A stretch of 63,900 bases of DNA, counting the filler, from Choristocarpus tenellus KU-1152 (Eukaryota > Protista > Phaeophyceae): the NCBI GenBank assembly GCA_964200185.2. It is 8 parts of 8 records of this genome, joined end to end, with 100 filler letters (N's around TTAATTAATTAA, not from the genome) between each part and the next. Parts side by side here need not be neighbours in the genome. Positions count along the whole stretch, not along the records: positions 38,090 to 47,085 come from CAXNAD020004100.1; positions 47,186 to 56,346 come from CAXNAD020003927.1; 6 more parts are not named here. The stretch is one strand, 5' to 3'. A program made the translations under genes and the position numbers. The notes under the pieces are model-generated. The model searched no databases. It had not been told where the DNA came from and worked only from the letters and a program-made list of their open reading frames with translations. Of this stretch, positions 39,640 through 51,735 are shown in pieces; within the stretch, counting starts at the first letter, position 1; every line of letters starts with the position of its first letter.

Positions 39640-40320
39640 TGACCTTTTCGTTTCGGTACGTTTCAAACATATTAGATCAATTAAGTATGTGGTTTTTATT
39701 TTATTTATTGATATAAAGAACACAATATTTTTATTATTTCGTAAAAGCCCTAATGAACGTGTTTTGGCTGTTCAAGGGTTTCGAGTGGTCCGACGGATTG
39801 CCCGAAACACAAAAACCGCTTTTTGTCGACTTTAGGATTTTAGTATTTAAATAAATTGCAGGGTACCAGTTGAAAGTAATATTTTAGTTTCGGAACATTG
39901 GAAACGTGTGAGACCTACAAAGTACGTGCTTTGTATTTTTTTTAATTGTAAGAACGGTTATAAACGGATTTACTATTTCTAAAAATCCTAATGCACGTGT
40001 TTGGGCGGTTCAAGGGTTTAGGGTGGTCCGAAACTCAAGAACCGCTTTTTGTCGACATTGGGATTTTAAAAATACAAATGTCGAACAATGAAAGATTTTG
40101 TACTTAAAACAATTATAGGGTGTCAGTTTTTTTTTACCTTTTGGTTTCAGAACATTGGAAACGTACAAGAACAATTAAGTTTGTGCTTTGTATTTTTAAA
40201 AATTGTAAGTACGGATATAATCGGATATACAACTTCTAAAAACCCTAATGCACGTATTTTCCGGATCATGGATCTCAGGGTGGTCCCACAGATCGCCCGA
40301 AGCTCAAACATCGTTCATAC
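39640..40320. repeat. Diverged ~240-255-bp tandem repeat (about 3 units) between the divergent ParB-like and transposase genes
   Basis: Anchor cctaatg(a/c)acgt...gtggtcc at ~39748, ~39987 and ~40243; accgctttttgtcgac and gaacattggaaacgt each occur twice. Confidence 0.85.
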
Positions 40321-40459
40321 GCCCGGCTTCGAATTCAATTCAGTCCTGGACCTTCTCACTGCCCAAGACCGCCTTTTGCCCGAAAAAATCATGACAGTTG
40401 CTCCCACAGCAAGGGGGTGGCTTTTGTCGCCTGCGGTGCCCCCTGTGTTGCCCTCATCA

Positions 40460-43400
40460 GCCCGCCAACAATGATGCGCTGGAGCTTTCTACCAATGACG
40501 CTTCAGCGACCGGAGCCAAGCTTCACCGAGGATGGGCTCAACCCATCCCGGTCAACGAACAGGGTGACTGCTGCAAGCGCTAAGCCTGCGTGAAGAAGTT
40601 CGCGGCAGATAGCGAGCCCTTCCTTGCACGCACGTTGACCAAAGAGCAGGACATCATCCGGGAGTGTGAGAACCGCCGCGATCACTTCGTTGGTGACCGT
40701 GTACCTGTGATTAAGTTGGGACCTGGAGGCGGATCTATGCTCGCAGCCGGCGTTCCCGTTTGTACGCAGTTTTTCAAGGCATCGTTCAGAATATCCAATC
40801 ATGCCATCGACGCTTGCAAAGGTACACCTAACGCAAGAGCATCCTCCGGTGTGGAGAGGTGGGTTGATGTATGTACACAGTGTTATTTGTACCTGGTATA
40901 TTTTTCCTCCTGCTTGATGATTGAAAAGTAGTCCTTTTTTCAGAACAATGTAATCCGACCGTACTCGCCACATTCAGTTTGCAGTTACTATGCAAGAGAG
41001 AGCTATTCCAATAGAGTCTTTGCTTTAAGTTGTATGGATTTATTTATTAGCAGAGTGAGCACNNNNNNNNNACAGCCCTTGGTGGTGGGGTGCTCTTTCT
41101 TATATTATTATCTATTGCGCACGTCGTCAGACACGTCAAAATGTGTCTGTGTCTGTCGCACTACGTCAGCCACTTATATTGAACAAAATAAGAAATCAAT
41201 CCATCCAGACTCGAACCTTTGACTCGAAGCAAACCAAATCAAATCCTTGACCCTTACTCTACTCAGTCAACACTTCCGTTATGTTCCACTGTTCACTAAA
41301 CATATAAATCCCTATAGACTGCCTAGCCTATATTGCACAGTTACCACGCCTAGATGTCTGATGTACATAGTTAGGGATCCCTCCAGCGTGGAGTTATATG
41401 TTACATATATGTGTATATACATGTGTGCTATGTTTATATATGCTTCAACAATATCGTCTCATCCGGCCGTCCCTGTGCTGCTGCTGCAGTTACCACGAGT
41501 AAATACCTACAGAATTAGAGATCCACTGCTGGCATACGATTCCTCTACGATTCCTTCCCCCGTCCCTTGCATCCACCTCCAACACAACTCCCATCCATAT
41601 ATACATACGTGCGCTACTACAACAGGAACGGCACGAACAAATATAAAGACATGACTCCGAAGCGAGACCTGGTGATGTCCTGGATAAACTACTGGGCGGA
41701 TACGTACGGGCAGTTCATGCCTCACAAGTCCGCAATTGTGATCTACTCCGCGAACAAAGAGGTAGGTTTTGTCCTTGGTTGTGGAGAGGTTAGTCGAACC
41801 CTGTGTTGGAGTTAGTTGCAAACCGTGTGACCCAGCAGTGCGTAGAAGAAGTGCATCGAAGGAGTATTTCGAGCGGTGGGTGTTTATTACTTTGACCGGT
41901 CTGAGATTATGGTTAAAAAAAAATGTGAAGCTTTGTACGAAGTATTATTTTTTTCGTTTCCTATGTCGAGACTACAATGATGATGATACTCTTCGTGGTT
42001 TTTACAGAGGAAGGCACAGTAACTGTTATTTCACCGCTGTGTACACCTACTATGCGGCCCCGGGTCCAGTCTGACCTTGGTAGTAAAAGTGTGTACTTCG
42101 TATGTCTAAAGCGCTTCGTAATGATGATGATGATGATGGTAGATTCGCCTCCTTTACCGTTTCTACAAACAGCAGCGAGGCCCAAACAGAATGACGCTCT
42201 TGGCAGATTTACAAAGATCATTGCATTTGCTCTTTCGTTACGCACGATGTAAGCTTGCTTGATCCTGTCTTCCGTGTTGTCAGTCAAGTTATTGGTCAGT
42301 CCGCCTTCGAGAGATCATGCAGCGATGTTCTTCGAGTTTTCCTTCTCAATAACTCCTCACTTGCCCACACAACCAATATTATTAATTAGGAGCTATACAA
42401 TGATTTTTGCAAAGAGGCAATACGGGTGTATCCTGAAGACACTTCCAAGCGGGCAAGCAAGGCACACTTCCTCCGATTGCTCAGAGAGGACAGGCCCAAC
42501 ATCAGGGTGAGGGTAGGAGGTGAATTTATGAAATGTGACATATGTGTCACGTTAAAAGAGAAGCGGCACGGTGCGCCTGGTGTAAAACCCACGAACGACT
42601 CCACCGTCCTTGAGTCTATCGACAAGGAGCTGTCAGACCATCGAAAGGTAGGTGTCCAGCGTTAATTTTGCGACAATCGTACAGTGGCAACATGTTGCCG
42701 TCATTGCCCTCCATTGGGAACAACATCTGTTGCCTTTTGCGAATGAAGACTCCGATGCAGGTGCTTATGGCAGCAGCAGCAGCCTCACTCAGCTCAAAAC
42801 TGTTGTTATTAGTTGCCCAAACACCTTGTACGATAGACTGTTTCCTGGTCGTCTACAACGGGCTGTGGGAGGGACAGGTCATGTTGCAGTCTTCCGGCCC
42901 CGTACTTACATACCTCCTACCATCCCGATAATACTGTCTTTGCCTTGAATGTAGCAATAAAAAACAGGAGAAAAGACATTTATTGTTACCTACACTCGAT
43001 TTTTGTCACGTACCTGGTACATGTTAACAAGTGGCCATTTTTTTACACCTCTAAGCAGATTTATTGATTTACAGACATGATGTTGCTCTCTCCCATTCGC
43101 CAGATTATCCAAGCGGATCGACTGGTCATCGCCAACAACACCAGTAGCGCCATGCGGGTCAAAGCCAACGGCAAACCTCTCGGCTTAGTGTTCATGTCTG
43201 TAGACGCGGCGAACCAGACATCACACGCCCTCCCAGCACCTTACCCACCTACCCACGGCTGTGACAGGTAGCCACACGCACGTATAGTCCATCTGTCAAC
43301 AATTTTGCATCCGCACGCAGAACAGAATAGATGACCCTGTTTTATTCTACGAATGAGTGCAAAGTCCCAAGAAATAACCGCCAAAACAGACGCACATAAT

Positions 43401-46400
43401 TCCACTACCTATTCCGTTCATCACGATGATGACGCACTGTAACACCTTTCCTTACACGTTTCTTTGGTTCATGTCCTTGTTATCGGGGCTACTCCGAGCG
43501 CCAGAAGATCTTGGTCGCACACGTTGAAGGTCAGTTCGCGGAGGTGTTCTTCACTCCTATCAATCTTGGAGGAGGTACGTATTGGGGGTTGTGGCTCAAC
43601 GATCACCCGACTGAATAGATGATTGTTGCACACGCACCACTTGATTTACCGTCATGGCGAGTGGACCCGCCATAGGTTAGGTACCCGAGGACAAGTACAT
43701 CCTTGCACAATTTTCCTACAGATACCGCAGGCCTGGTGGACAGTCGATTAACTGATGATGTGCTGTGCTGCCCTGCCCTCATACGCCTCAGCTTCGGAAG
43801 GACGAGAGGAGTGTGAGAGCTAATCAAGGAGGAGAAAAACCGACAGACATGTATATCAGCCAGTCGCAGGTGTATGTGCTCTACATCGCAAAAAAACATT
43901 CCATTACCCCTCTTTTTAGCTCCAAGTAAACAATGCGTAAGTAAGCAGAGTACTATTTGCCAACTAACGATAGATATCATCGTTCGCGAAGGTTGTATCC
44001 TTGTCTGCACAGCCACCCACCTTGCCCTCACAAAGGCTTATCAACAAGTACCACAACAGCCTCGATCACACGGGGGGTTGAATCATCCAGCACACGCATT
44101 GGCAGGTAAGAAAGTTTCATATTGACACGACCTACTCAACATATACTTGCTGAGTACCGGCCACCAACTAACTAACTGCACGGTGTTTAGTTTTGGTTTG
44201 TGGGTTGCAACCTGCATGTATCTCAGCGGTGATGTAGAGCTTGCGCTCTAGCACTACTGGAAACATGCCCTGTTCCTCCACGAAACGTGGTGAAATGGGC
44301 TCACATATCGGCCTCACGCCTATCCCTCCCTCGCTCCCAACTCCCCAAAGTGACCAGGTCGACAACTGCGTCTCAGAGAACAAGAACAATTTCTTTCTCG
44401 GATATGCGTGGCTGTTGGTCGCGGCGAGTGTCATTCGTGTGGTCGAGGTACATTTTATGATGGTGGGGCACACGCACATCAAGATCGATCAGATCTTCTC
44501 CAGGTAATTCGGCAAGATATATACGTGCGATAGCCACATGGAGTTTTTACACGGATAGATACTGCCCTGAGGCTTGCAGTTCACACTTGCTGCATCTCTG
44601 GAAGGGTTATGGTCATACACTGCAATTGATTGATTGACTTTTGATTTCCCACAACAAAATTGCACGAGAAGAGCAGCTGGTAAAACTATATTGTAACCTA
44701 CTCTCGAAACAAACAAAAAAATGTACGCATCACCCCTTTTTATATTTATACTTCCGTATACATGCATTAGAGCATGTGCCTGCATATATATCTTGCTTCT
44801 CCACTTCGTTTCTTTCGCCCCCGCCTCAAAATTAACTTGCTTGCATTTCACCTTCGGGTTCTCACGTGGTATCAAAGGGAAGAACATATTCACAAGAACA
44901 CAGTCTTGTGAAGAGCTGCAGGCCTCTTACACAGAGGTTCCTGTCCACTGGAAGACCCTACGGAACGAGGGCAACTTCAAGGGACTCCTTCACGGTCGCG
45001 TCAACCGTGTTCCCAACATCACGAGCTACAGGGCTTTTCACGTTGAAAAAGGCGGTGATGGGCGGGTTAAGGTTAGCGTAGAGCAATACATGCACAGCAC
45101 CGCATGGAGTGGGATAGGCGCCAACGTTGCTATCGACCCCAACGCCCCTCTCCGCACGACTTCTTCATTGGCCACCCGCCTCGTCTCTAAGATGCGCCAC
45201 CCTACCAGCTCAAGAGCGTTCCCGAAGACGTCATCCTGAAGGTGGAGCAGCAGTACCAGGCGTCGCACGAGCATCTCGCTGCTGCGTACCCACTGGGTAA
45301 GTCGTTTTTTTCGTGAGGGGAGATGATGGCCAATTTTTGTATTCGGTGGCAGCCAAAAAAATCTGGTGCAACTTCTGTACGAGGCAGCCTTTACAGCCTT
45401 TACAAAAACAATCTTGAAAAATATTCTATTCCCATGCGTAGTGATCATCGCGTGTTACAATAAACAAGCCCTATAGATTACCCTCGATAAATGTATTGAG
45501 GGTACCGGTCTTGTACTTAACAGTGACGAATCCGACGAAATCTACACCCTCCCTCTCACTGCATGCTCCCCAAGCGCATTCGTGCAACCTCACGGCTGGT
45601 TACAAAGTCACATTCATGCTTCCATACCGTTGATGTTCTCGTGCTTAAGGATTCCACCTTCGCAGATGATGAAGCCGTTAAGAGAATGAAACACGAGCAA
45701 AGCGAATCTGTGCGGCTTCTCAAAAAGACAGGGGAACGAGAGTTCAACCTCCGAGTCCATTGGCTTCCCACTGATGACGGTGCTGGAACTCGTACCAGCG
45801 GCGTCGATGGCACCGACGAGGGCGAACGTTCGGGTGGAGGAGGCAATCTCGTCAGCGGTGACAGTGATCTCGGCGGGCTCAAGGAAACAGACTCTTCCTC
45901 ATAGGACAGTGACACAGAAGAAGCCGGCTTCCGTCGATGGGGTTGGCCTCGTGCTTGCTACCTTGACATCGGCGAACCATGGAAACCTCGTCACCATGCA
46001 GGAAGGCAGATTTTCCTTTTTTGTGGCAATGGAAGCGCCGCTCTTGGTTGGCAAGATCCTACAGAACGCATCGGCGACGACAGGGAGCGTGGGGTGGATC
46101 TTCACTGGCTTCGGCCGACCAGTGACCACACAGGTGACAACCCCGCGTTTATGACCCTTGTGAAGTACGGGAAAAGTAGTTTTGTTGAAGACTACATACA
46201 CACTGGTGATAGATCCGGGCGAACTGGGAAATAGAAGCGGGTTAAAGACGTAAGCTGGGAACCCGTGGCGGGTATCGTTTCGACTTGCGAGAAACTTGTT
46301 GGGAACGGCAAAAAGATTCCTACCAAGGTCTTGACAGTTCCACGGTCTGCTATTGAGGCGAGGGAAAGGGGGGGTTTTGTGGGAGAAGGACGGAAGACTA

Positions 46401-46800
46401 AGTTCAAGGGACGAGGAGAGAAGAGGGAGGGGGAGAATAGGGACGAAAGGTAGGATAACACCGGTGACGACAAGGAGGAGGACGAGGAGGAGGACGAGGA
46501 GGAAGATGAAGAGGAGGAGGAGGACGAGGAGCTGGAGAAGGAGGACGATGAAGATATGGAGAACATCGGTATGGGGGAGGGGAGGGGGGCGTCTGCCGGT
46601 GCAGATGCATGTACGGGGGTGCCCTTGCATACATCCATCCAAGGACGTATCCTTGAAGCGGATACAGGACGGAGCATTACGGCGGCACGGAAGAGATCTT
46701 TGCTCCAATGCAAACGCTGGAGCCAAACACGCGGGTTAGGTTTACCGCTACACACTTTCGGCCCAGTCGCGGTGCTAGGGAAATGTTGAGACCCCGGATT
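40460..46800 (+). mobile_element. Intron-containing Sola-like DDD transposase gene, decayed (stops and frameshifts)
   Basis: Exon-like blocks: CCKR*ACVKKF...VCTQFFKASFRIS (~40460-40858), ~41615-41761, EFMKCDICVTLK (~42390-42647), FMSVDAANQ (~43100-43267), ~43490-43576, QVDNCVSENKNNFF...HFMMVGHTHIKIDQIFSR (~44350-44503), ~44858-45296, then a C-terminal region with an acidic tract. DNC..ENKN plus GHTH..IDQ.FS is a Sola-type catalytic signature. TIRs were not identified. Confidence 0.75.
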
Positions 46801-47085
46801 AGCAAGCATGTGGCAGATATTCGTGTTAGTAAAGTATACCTCATAGACCTCTTGGAGAATGAGCGGTGTGTATTGAGAGCCGAGTATGCATATTTGTTGT
46901 GGCGGATAATAATAACTACCGCAGGCAATGGCGGCGACAACATGTGTTTAGTTTAATCCATAACGATGTTTTCAGAGCGTTCCAAGCAGCATGTTGTTGT
47001 TGCGATACATAGTAGAAGGGGGTTTTGGTTGCGTGGCAGTCTTAGTCCTTTGTTTCCGTTCATGATTTTGAGCCTCCTTCAATAG

Positions 47086-47185
47086 NNNNNNNNNNNNNNN
47101 NNNNNNNNNNNNNNNNNNNNNNNNNNNNNTTAATTAATTAANNNNNNNNNNNNNNNNNNNNNNNNNNNNNNNNNNNNNNNNNNNN
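47086..47185. other. Artificial contig linker
   Basis: N44-TTAATTAATTAA-N44. Confidence 0.97.
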
Positions 47186-47205
47186 TATTACTCCCCATAG
47201 ATGTC

Positions 47206-47354
47206 TTGAGGGTACCGATCTTGAACTAAACATACACGGTTCCGACGACATATGCACCCTCCCTCTCACTGCATGCTCCCTGAGTGCATTCGTAAAACCT
47301 CATCCCTGGTAACAATGTAACATTCATACATCCATACCGTTGATGTCCTCGTGC
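47206..47354 (+). repeat. Second, diverged copy of the segment at 45496-45644
   Basis: Shared ttgagggtaccg, caccctccctctcactgcatgctccc and tccataccgttgatgt.ctcgtgc. Confidence 0.9.
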
Positions 47355-47504
47355 AGGTTGATTGTGATCGTGATTGAATTGTCTTTCTGCACTGTCTGGT
47401 GATGAGGATCACGATTGAATTTTTTTTATTTGCACGCGTTTCTGTCGTACTGCAATGTCTGTACTGTGAATTGTAGTATCACAGGTGGTCATTTTTCTTG
47501 TAGA

Positions 47505-47998
47505 GGTATGTCCCACAAGGTGTCCCTATATGTTAATGAGGATCCTTCCGATGCTCCTGACGCTCTCCACCTCAAACCTGGTGGAAACGGTCTCAGGCTT
47601 CCATCGACGCACCGAGAGTTTGGATTGGTGTGGAAAACAACGATGAAGTGGCCAATGCGATACTAGAGGACATGAAAGACCAGCTGCTCGAGGAATCCTT
47701 CTACCAGTCAGACAATGAAAGCTCGGGTGACGAGTATGACGATGGGTTTATGGGAGGGGGGAGCCCATCGGGGGTCATGAGGAAAGGAGCAGCCTCTTCA
47801 GTGTTCTCGATTCCTCCATCGCCGTACTCTCAAGTAGCTGACGAGTTTGCAAGCTTAGAAACAACCGCCGAAGAGTGCAGCATGAACGATGTTTCGTACT
47901 ATCTCCAGAAAGCAAAGCTGGCTTGGCTGAGCGCAATCGGGGCAAGGGCAATCAAACAAGTGGACATCCCCGATTTTTTTGGCAGTCGCGATTTTTGA
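47505..47998 (+). mobile_element. Probable pogo/Tigger-like transposase C-terminal remnant
   Basis: Acidic tail ending KAKLAWLSAIGARAIKQVDIPDFF, a QxxIxxFF PIP box at the extreme C-terminus as in pogo-family transposases. The catalytic region is absent. Confidence 0.5.
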
Positions 47999-48639
47999 TT
48001 AGCGAATAAGTTGTTTTACCCGGTGCAAGCAATGGGGGGTGCATGGCGGTTCAGTTGCATTTGAACGACGGTAACTTTTCCGATACTGTACTGTATAATA
48101 TATTTATAGAGTGCAATTGAATACATAGGGCAGAGCATCTGAGGGAGATTGGCTTTGAATGTTGATTTTGTTTGAACTGAGATTCGTCTGTCCAGCCATC
48201 CAATGGCTTGCGGATGCTTTTCTTGGGAAGGTGTACAATACATATATGAGCGAATACATCGCAATAAGTGTAATTTACCAAAGTTACAGTACTGTATACA
48301 TAAGACACTTGTACATACTTTGCAGGGGTGGTGTAGATGTGATGCTTGCTGTACTAGCACAGCTTCATCGAAATGAGCTCACCGAGGGCAATGTTCAATA
48401 CATATCTACATGTAACGATTCTTGGAGGCACATGGGAAGCACATACAGAGAGAGCGTCGCTCTGTCGCGGTTCGGGACAAGTATAAAGTGCCCTACGAGA
48501 ACTGTTGCTCGATACAACGTAGGTTTCTCTTATCACGATCCCTCCGTTTAAGAGAACAGCGTTCTTATATTCAATAAGAGAGGATCAAGATATAAGAGAG
48601 TGGTGTTTTGCTTGTCTCCAGCAAACATCGCCCCAAGGG

Positions 48640-49035
48640 GACCAAGGTGCTTGTGTCAGCATGGTGGATAGGGAGAAGTGAAAGAAGGTCACGATTGAGG
48701 ATGTTATCGTCCCAGCAATCAAGGCCCGGATGCCTAGGCTGGAAGGGCACACCATCTTCACGCAGCAGGACAGGGCAAAGCTACACACCAAGGTGGGGAT
48801 CATGGAGGCAATTGAGGAGGTGGTGGGGGGACGACATTGCCATAGAGACCCAGCTAACCAATTGACCTGACCTTAACGTCAATGACCTAGATTCTCTCAT
48901 TCCATCCAGCACCTGAAGAAAGAGGCGTGGGAATGACCGACACAGAGGAGTTGGTGGAGGCCACAAAGGAGGCATTCAATGTGTACCCGCAGGAGACACT
49001 AGAGTACGTCTGGCAGAGCCTCTTCGCAGTGAGGT
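48640..49035 (+). mobile_element. Tc1/mariner transposase remnant (plant/oomycete DD37-39D style), C-terminal catalytic half
   Basis: With frameshifts: VIVPAIKARMP...IFTQQDRAKLH...ETQLTN*PDLNVNDL...HSIQHL...EELVEATKEAFNVYPQETLEYVWQSL, matching the QQDNA.PH and QP.NSPDLNV.DLG motifs. Confidence 0.8.
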
Positions 49036-49799
49036 ACTGGGGTCCAAGGTTGACACTGTCTTCAAATTTCCCATCTTAGCAAAAAAAAGACTGAGAAGGC
49101 AGGATAGCTTCCCTCGAATGACCCGGTGGATGTGGCAGATACCGTGCTGGAATGGATTGGAAGGCTTCGAGGGCAGAAAAATAGATAGGTGTAGACTGCC
49201 CCAATTTGTTTGAGATTTTGGTGCGTAACCTTTTAGTGTCTGCGCAATACACCCATAAAATATGAAAATGTGAAAATAGTATTGCTTTTTCATAAGGGCT
49301 GCAAGATTTATGTTACATTTAATTCCAAACGGAGGAAGTATGCAATACGACTCTGTTGTTGTTGTCGACCCCGTGTTTGTTCTACTCTTTGCCTTAGATG
49401 TATGTTTCTTCTTCCTTCTTTCGTGAGAGTATCTGAAAAATGTCATTAGGTATATTAATATGGATTACTTCCACCAATTCCCCGTGCGTATCTTTAACTT
49501 TACAACCTACGTTTGTGCCTTTCTTCTCACGCCAGATGGGTTCAGCCATCCCGTAATTGCTCGTCGCTCCGCCTACTTCTCTGAGTCTTGTGGTAGACCC
49601 TCTTCGGCGTCGTTTGTGAATGGAGGTTTGTAACCTCGTTCTTGGTCATGCGTTTTTGTAGTATAGATGTTACAACGTATACGAACGTACAAATGGTTGA
49701 CGAATGTGGGATAGGTATTGATTGGTATATTATTTGGATATCTCAAAGAAGAATTGGAAGAAAAGGAATCTGCGTTAGATGAGGTTCCAAGTCATGAAT

Positions 49800-49851
49800 T
49801 CAACCAATGAAACGCCTCTATCAACCAATGAAAAGCCTCCATCAACCAATG
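49800..49851 (+). repeat. Three 21-bp-spaced tcaaccaatga (CCAAT-containing) units
   Basis: tcaaccaatgaaacgcctcta tcaaccaatgaaaagcctcca tcaaccaatga. Confidence 0.8.
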
Positions 49852-50535
49852 AGGGACAAGGATGTTTGGCATTTCGAGAGGGGTTGGCACTATTAATCCC
49901 TACACCACTGATGTTGTAGTAGTACTAGACCTAACATAAAATGGTCTTGGACTGGTGTTGTTATTGTAACATATTTTATGACAATAGAGTTAATAGTAAC
50001 CGCGTTTTCCTGTGGTCCAGTAAAGAGCGCCATTGTTGGTACCTTTGTACTAGAGTGCAGAACAAGAATAATATTATATCATACCATCTAAATAAAATTA
50101 CCTTGCTTTTTTATTGCGTATGATATTAAAATTTGTCCCGGCCTGGACTTGAGACATCACCTCCATCCCGCTTTTGTAGGCACAAATCGCCCCGTATATA
50201 CCCCCTGTGTGCTAGTGAGCGAGTCTCTTAGCTTGAAGGTGAGTGTATTCGTCTTCCCCGTGGGCATGGGTCGTGGTGGATTAGCATCTTTCTCCCCTGA
50301 ATTCTCCTTTGGATTGTGATAAGAGATGCTAGTTTGTTTTGCACCAGACACAGTTTGGGCGGATGCTGAAGGCATCTCTGTGCCCATGAGGTTGATGTGA
50401 TGCCGTGGAGATAATTCATTTCCCCGAAACTCACCCCCCAGTCCTTTCCTTAATTGAAGTGCAACCACAACAGGGCCAACCGTAACTTGAGGACGGACGG
50501 GGCAATAAGGTTATCGACACGGCAAGGCCGGGCAG

Positions 50536-51735
50536 ATGAGTATAGAGGAGGACCTCACCGCTGTCCTCTCCTGGCTAATATCATCGGGTCGGGTGAGTTT
50601 ACGAGTAGCCCAATACCCAGGCTTCTTCAACCAAGTTGGGCCTCCACCTTGCAAAATTCGGGGTTACAGGTATTCCCCCGATGTTGTGCTTTCCAGTCCA
50701 TCACTTCGGTACCATGGGAGTTTGTCCACAGGCTATTTTTTGCACTATTTCTCATACATCTTACGTGATGCTACCCATAGCCTTGTATATTATCGACAGT
50801 AAGAACCATTTAACAACCATAATACGGCGTGTTTTGGACCTAGGTTGCTCCTCGAAGCCCGCCTGATGGCAGCACCTCCGCCGAAGAAACCGCAAAGCGC
50901 TTCCTCAAGGAATGGAAAACCCTAGGATGTAAAGGAAAAACAGAAAACTCGTCCAGTGGCGAGCAGGGGATGACAGGAACAGGGGGCGAAGGCGATGTGT
51001 CGCAGGATAGGATTAGACCTGCTGGGGGCAGGGAGGTGTCAGCAACAGGGGTAAAGCTCTCTGGTGTAAAGCGACCGCGAAAGAGCGGGTCCGGGGAGGG
51101 GTGAGTCATTTTTTGCACAAATGTATGAGAAAGATAGTCGCTGGGATGCTTGCTTCCCAACGTGCCAAGTATTCGTCGCTTTTCCGAAGTGTTGAAAGTG
51201 CCTTGGTGTGCACATCCTTACCCCATTCACCGTACATTTTCCTGTCGCTTTCGTGATGGTGCAAATACCAGGGGAAAGCAGCAGCTATCGCATTTCTTCT
51301 CAGCATGTCAAATATGTACCTCATTCATACCCCACTCCTTGCCCTTGAACTGAATATGTGACTATCCTCTTCTATCCTCTTCATCATGATGCACCTAGCA
51401 CACGTCCCTACTCATTAGAGACTATATCGGGTAGTGTCCCAGTATATATACCTTCTTGCTTGGCTAGTACCTTCTTTCATGAAAATCCTCTTGCTCCTCT
51501 CATTTGATCTTCTTTGGGGAAATCACCCCCTTCTCAAGAGGCTACGTGCCTAGTATCCTGGTTTGAACCAAATTCCTTCCACATACACGCCCTTCCCCTT
51601 TCCGCTTCTTTCATGAATGACAGCTTGTTCCAACCATGTAGTGTGGAGGGGTGTAATATCTCATCGTGTTTTGGCACAGAGGAGACTGCACAACCTACGC
51701 ATTGCCGTCTCCATAAGACAGATTCTATGCTGGAG
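50536..51735 (+). CDS. 5' exons of a gene with an EsV-1-7-type Cys/His repeat; downstream exons not resolved
   Basis: Exons 50536-50592, 50844-51100 and 51624-51735 splice in phase (0, 2) with gtgag donors. Exon 3 encodes CSVEGCNISSCFGTEETAQPTHCRLHKTDSM (C-x4-C...FG...C..HK...M). A KRPRK NLS-like motif precedes it. Confidence 0.65.

Noticed and set aside
41200-41232. B-box-like GGTTCGAGTC on the minus strand (tRNA or SINE)
   Set aside because: No A box or cloverleaf could be built, so it is insufficient for a call.
45899-46809. 275-aa and 205-aa minus-strand ORFs
   Set aside because: They are antisense shadows of the plus-strand GAG/GAC acidic tract in the transposon.
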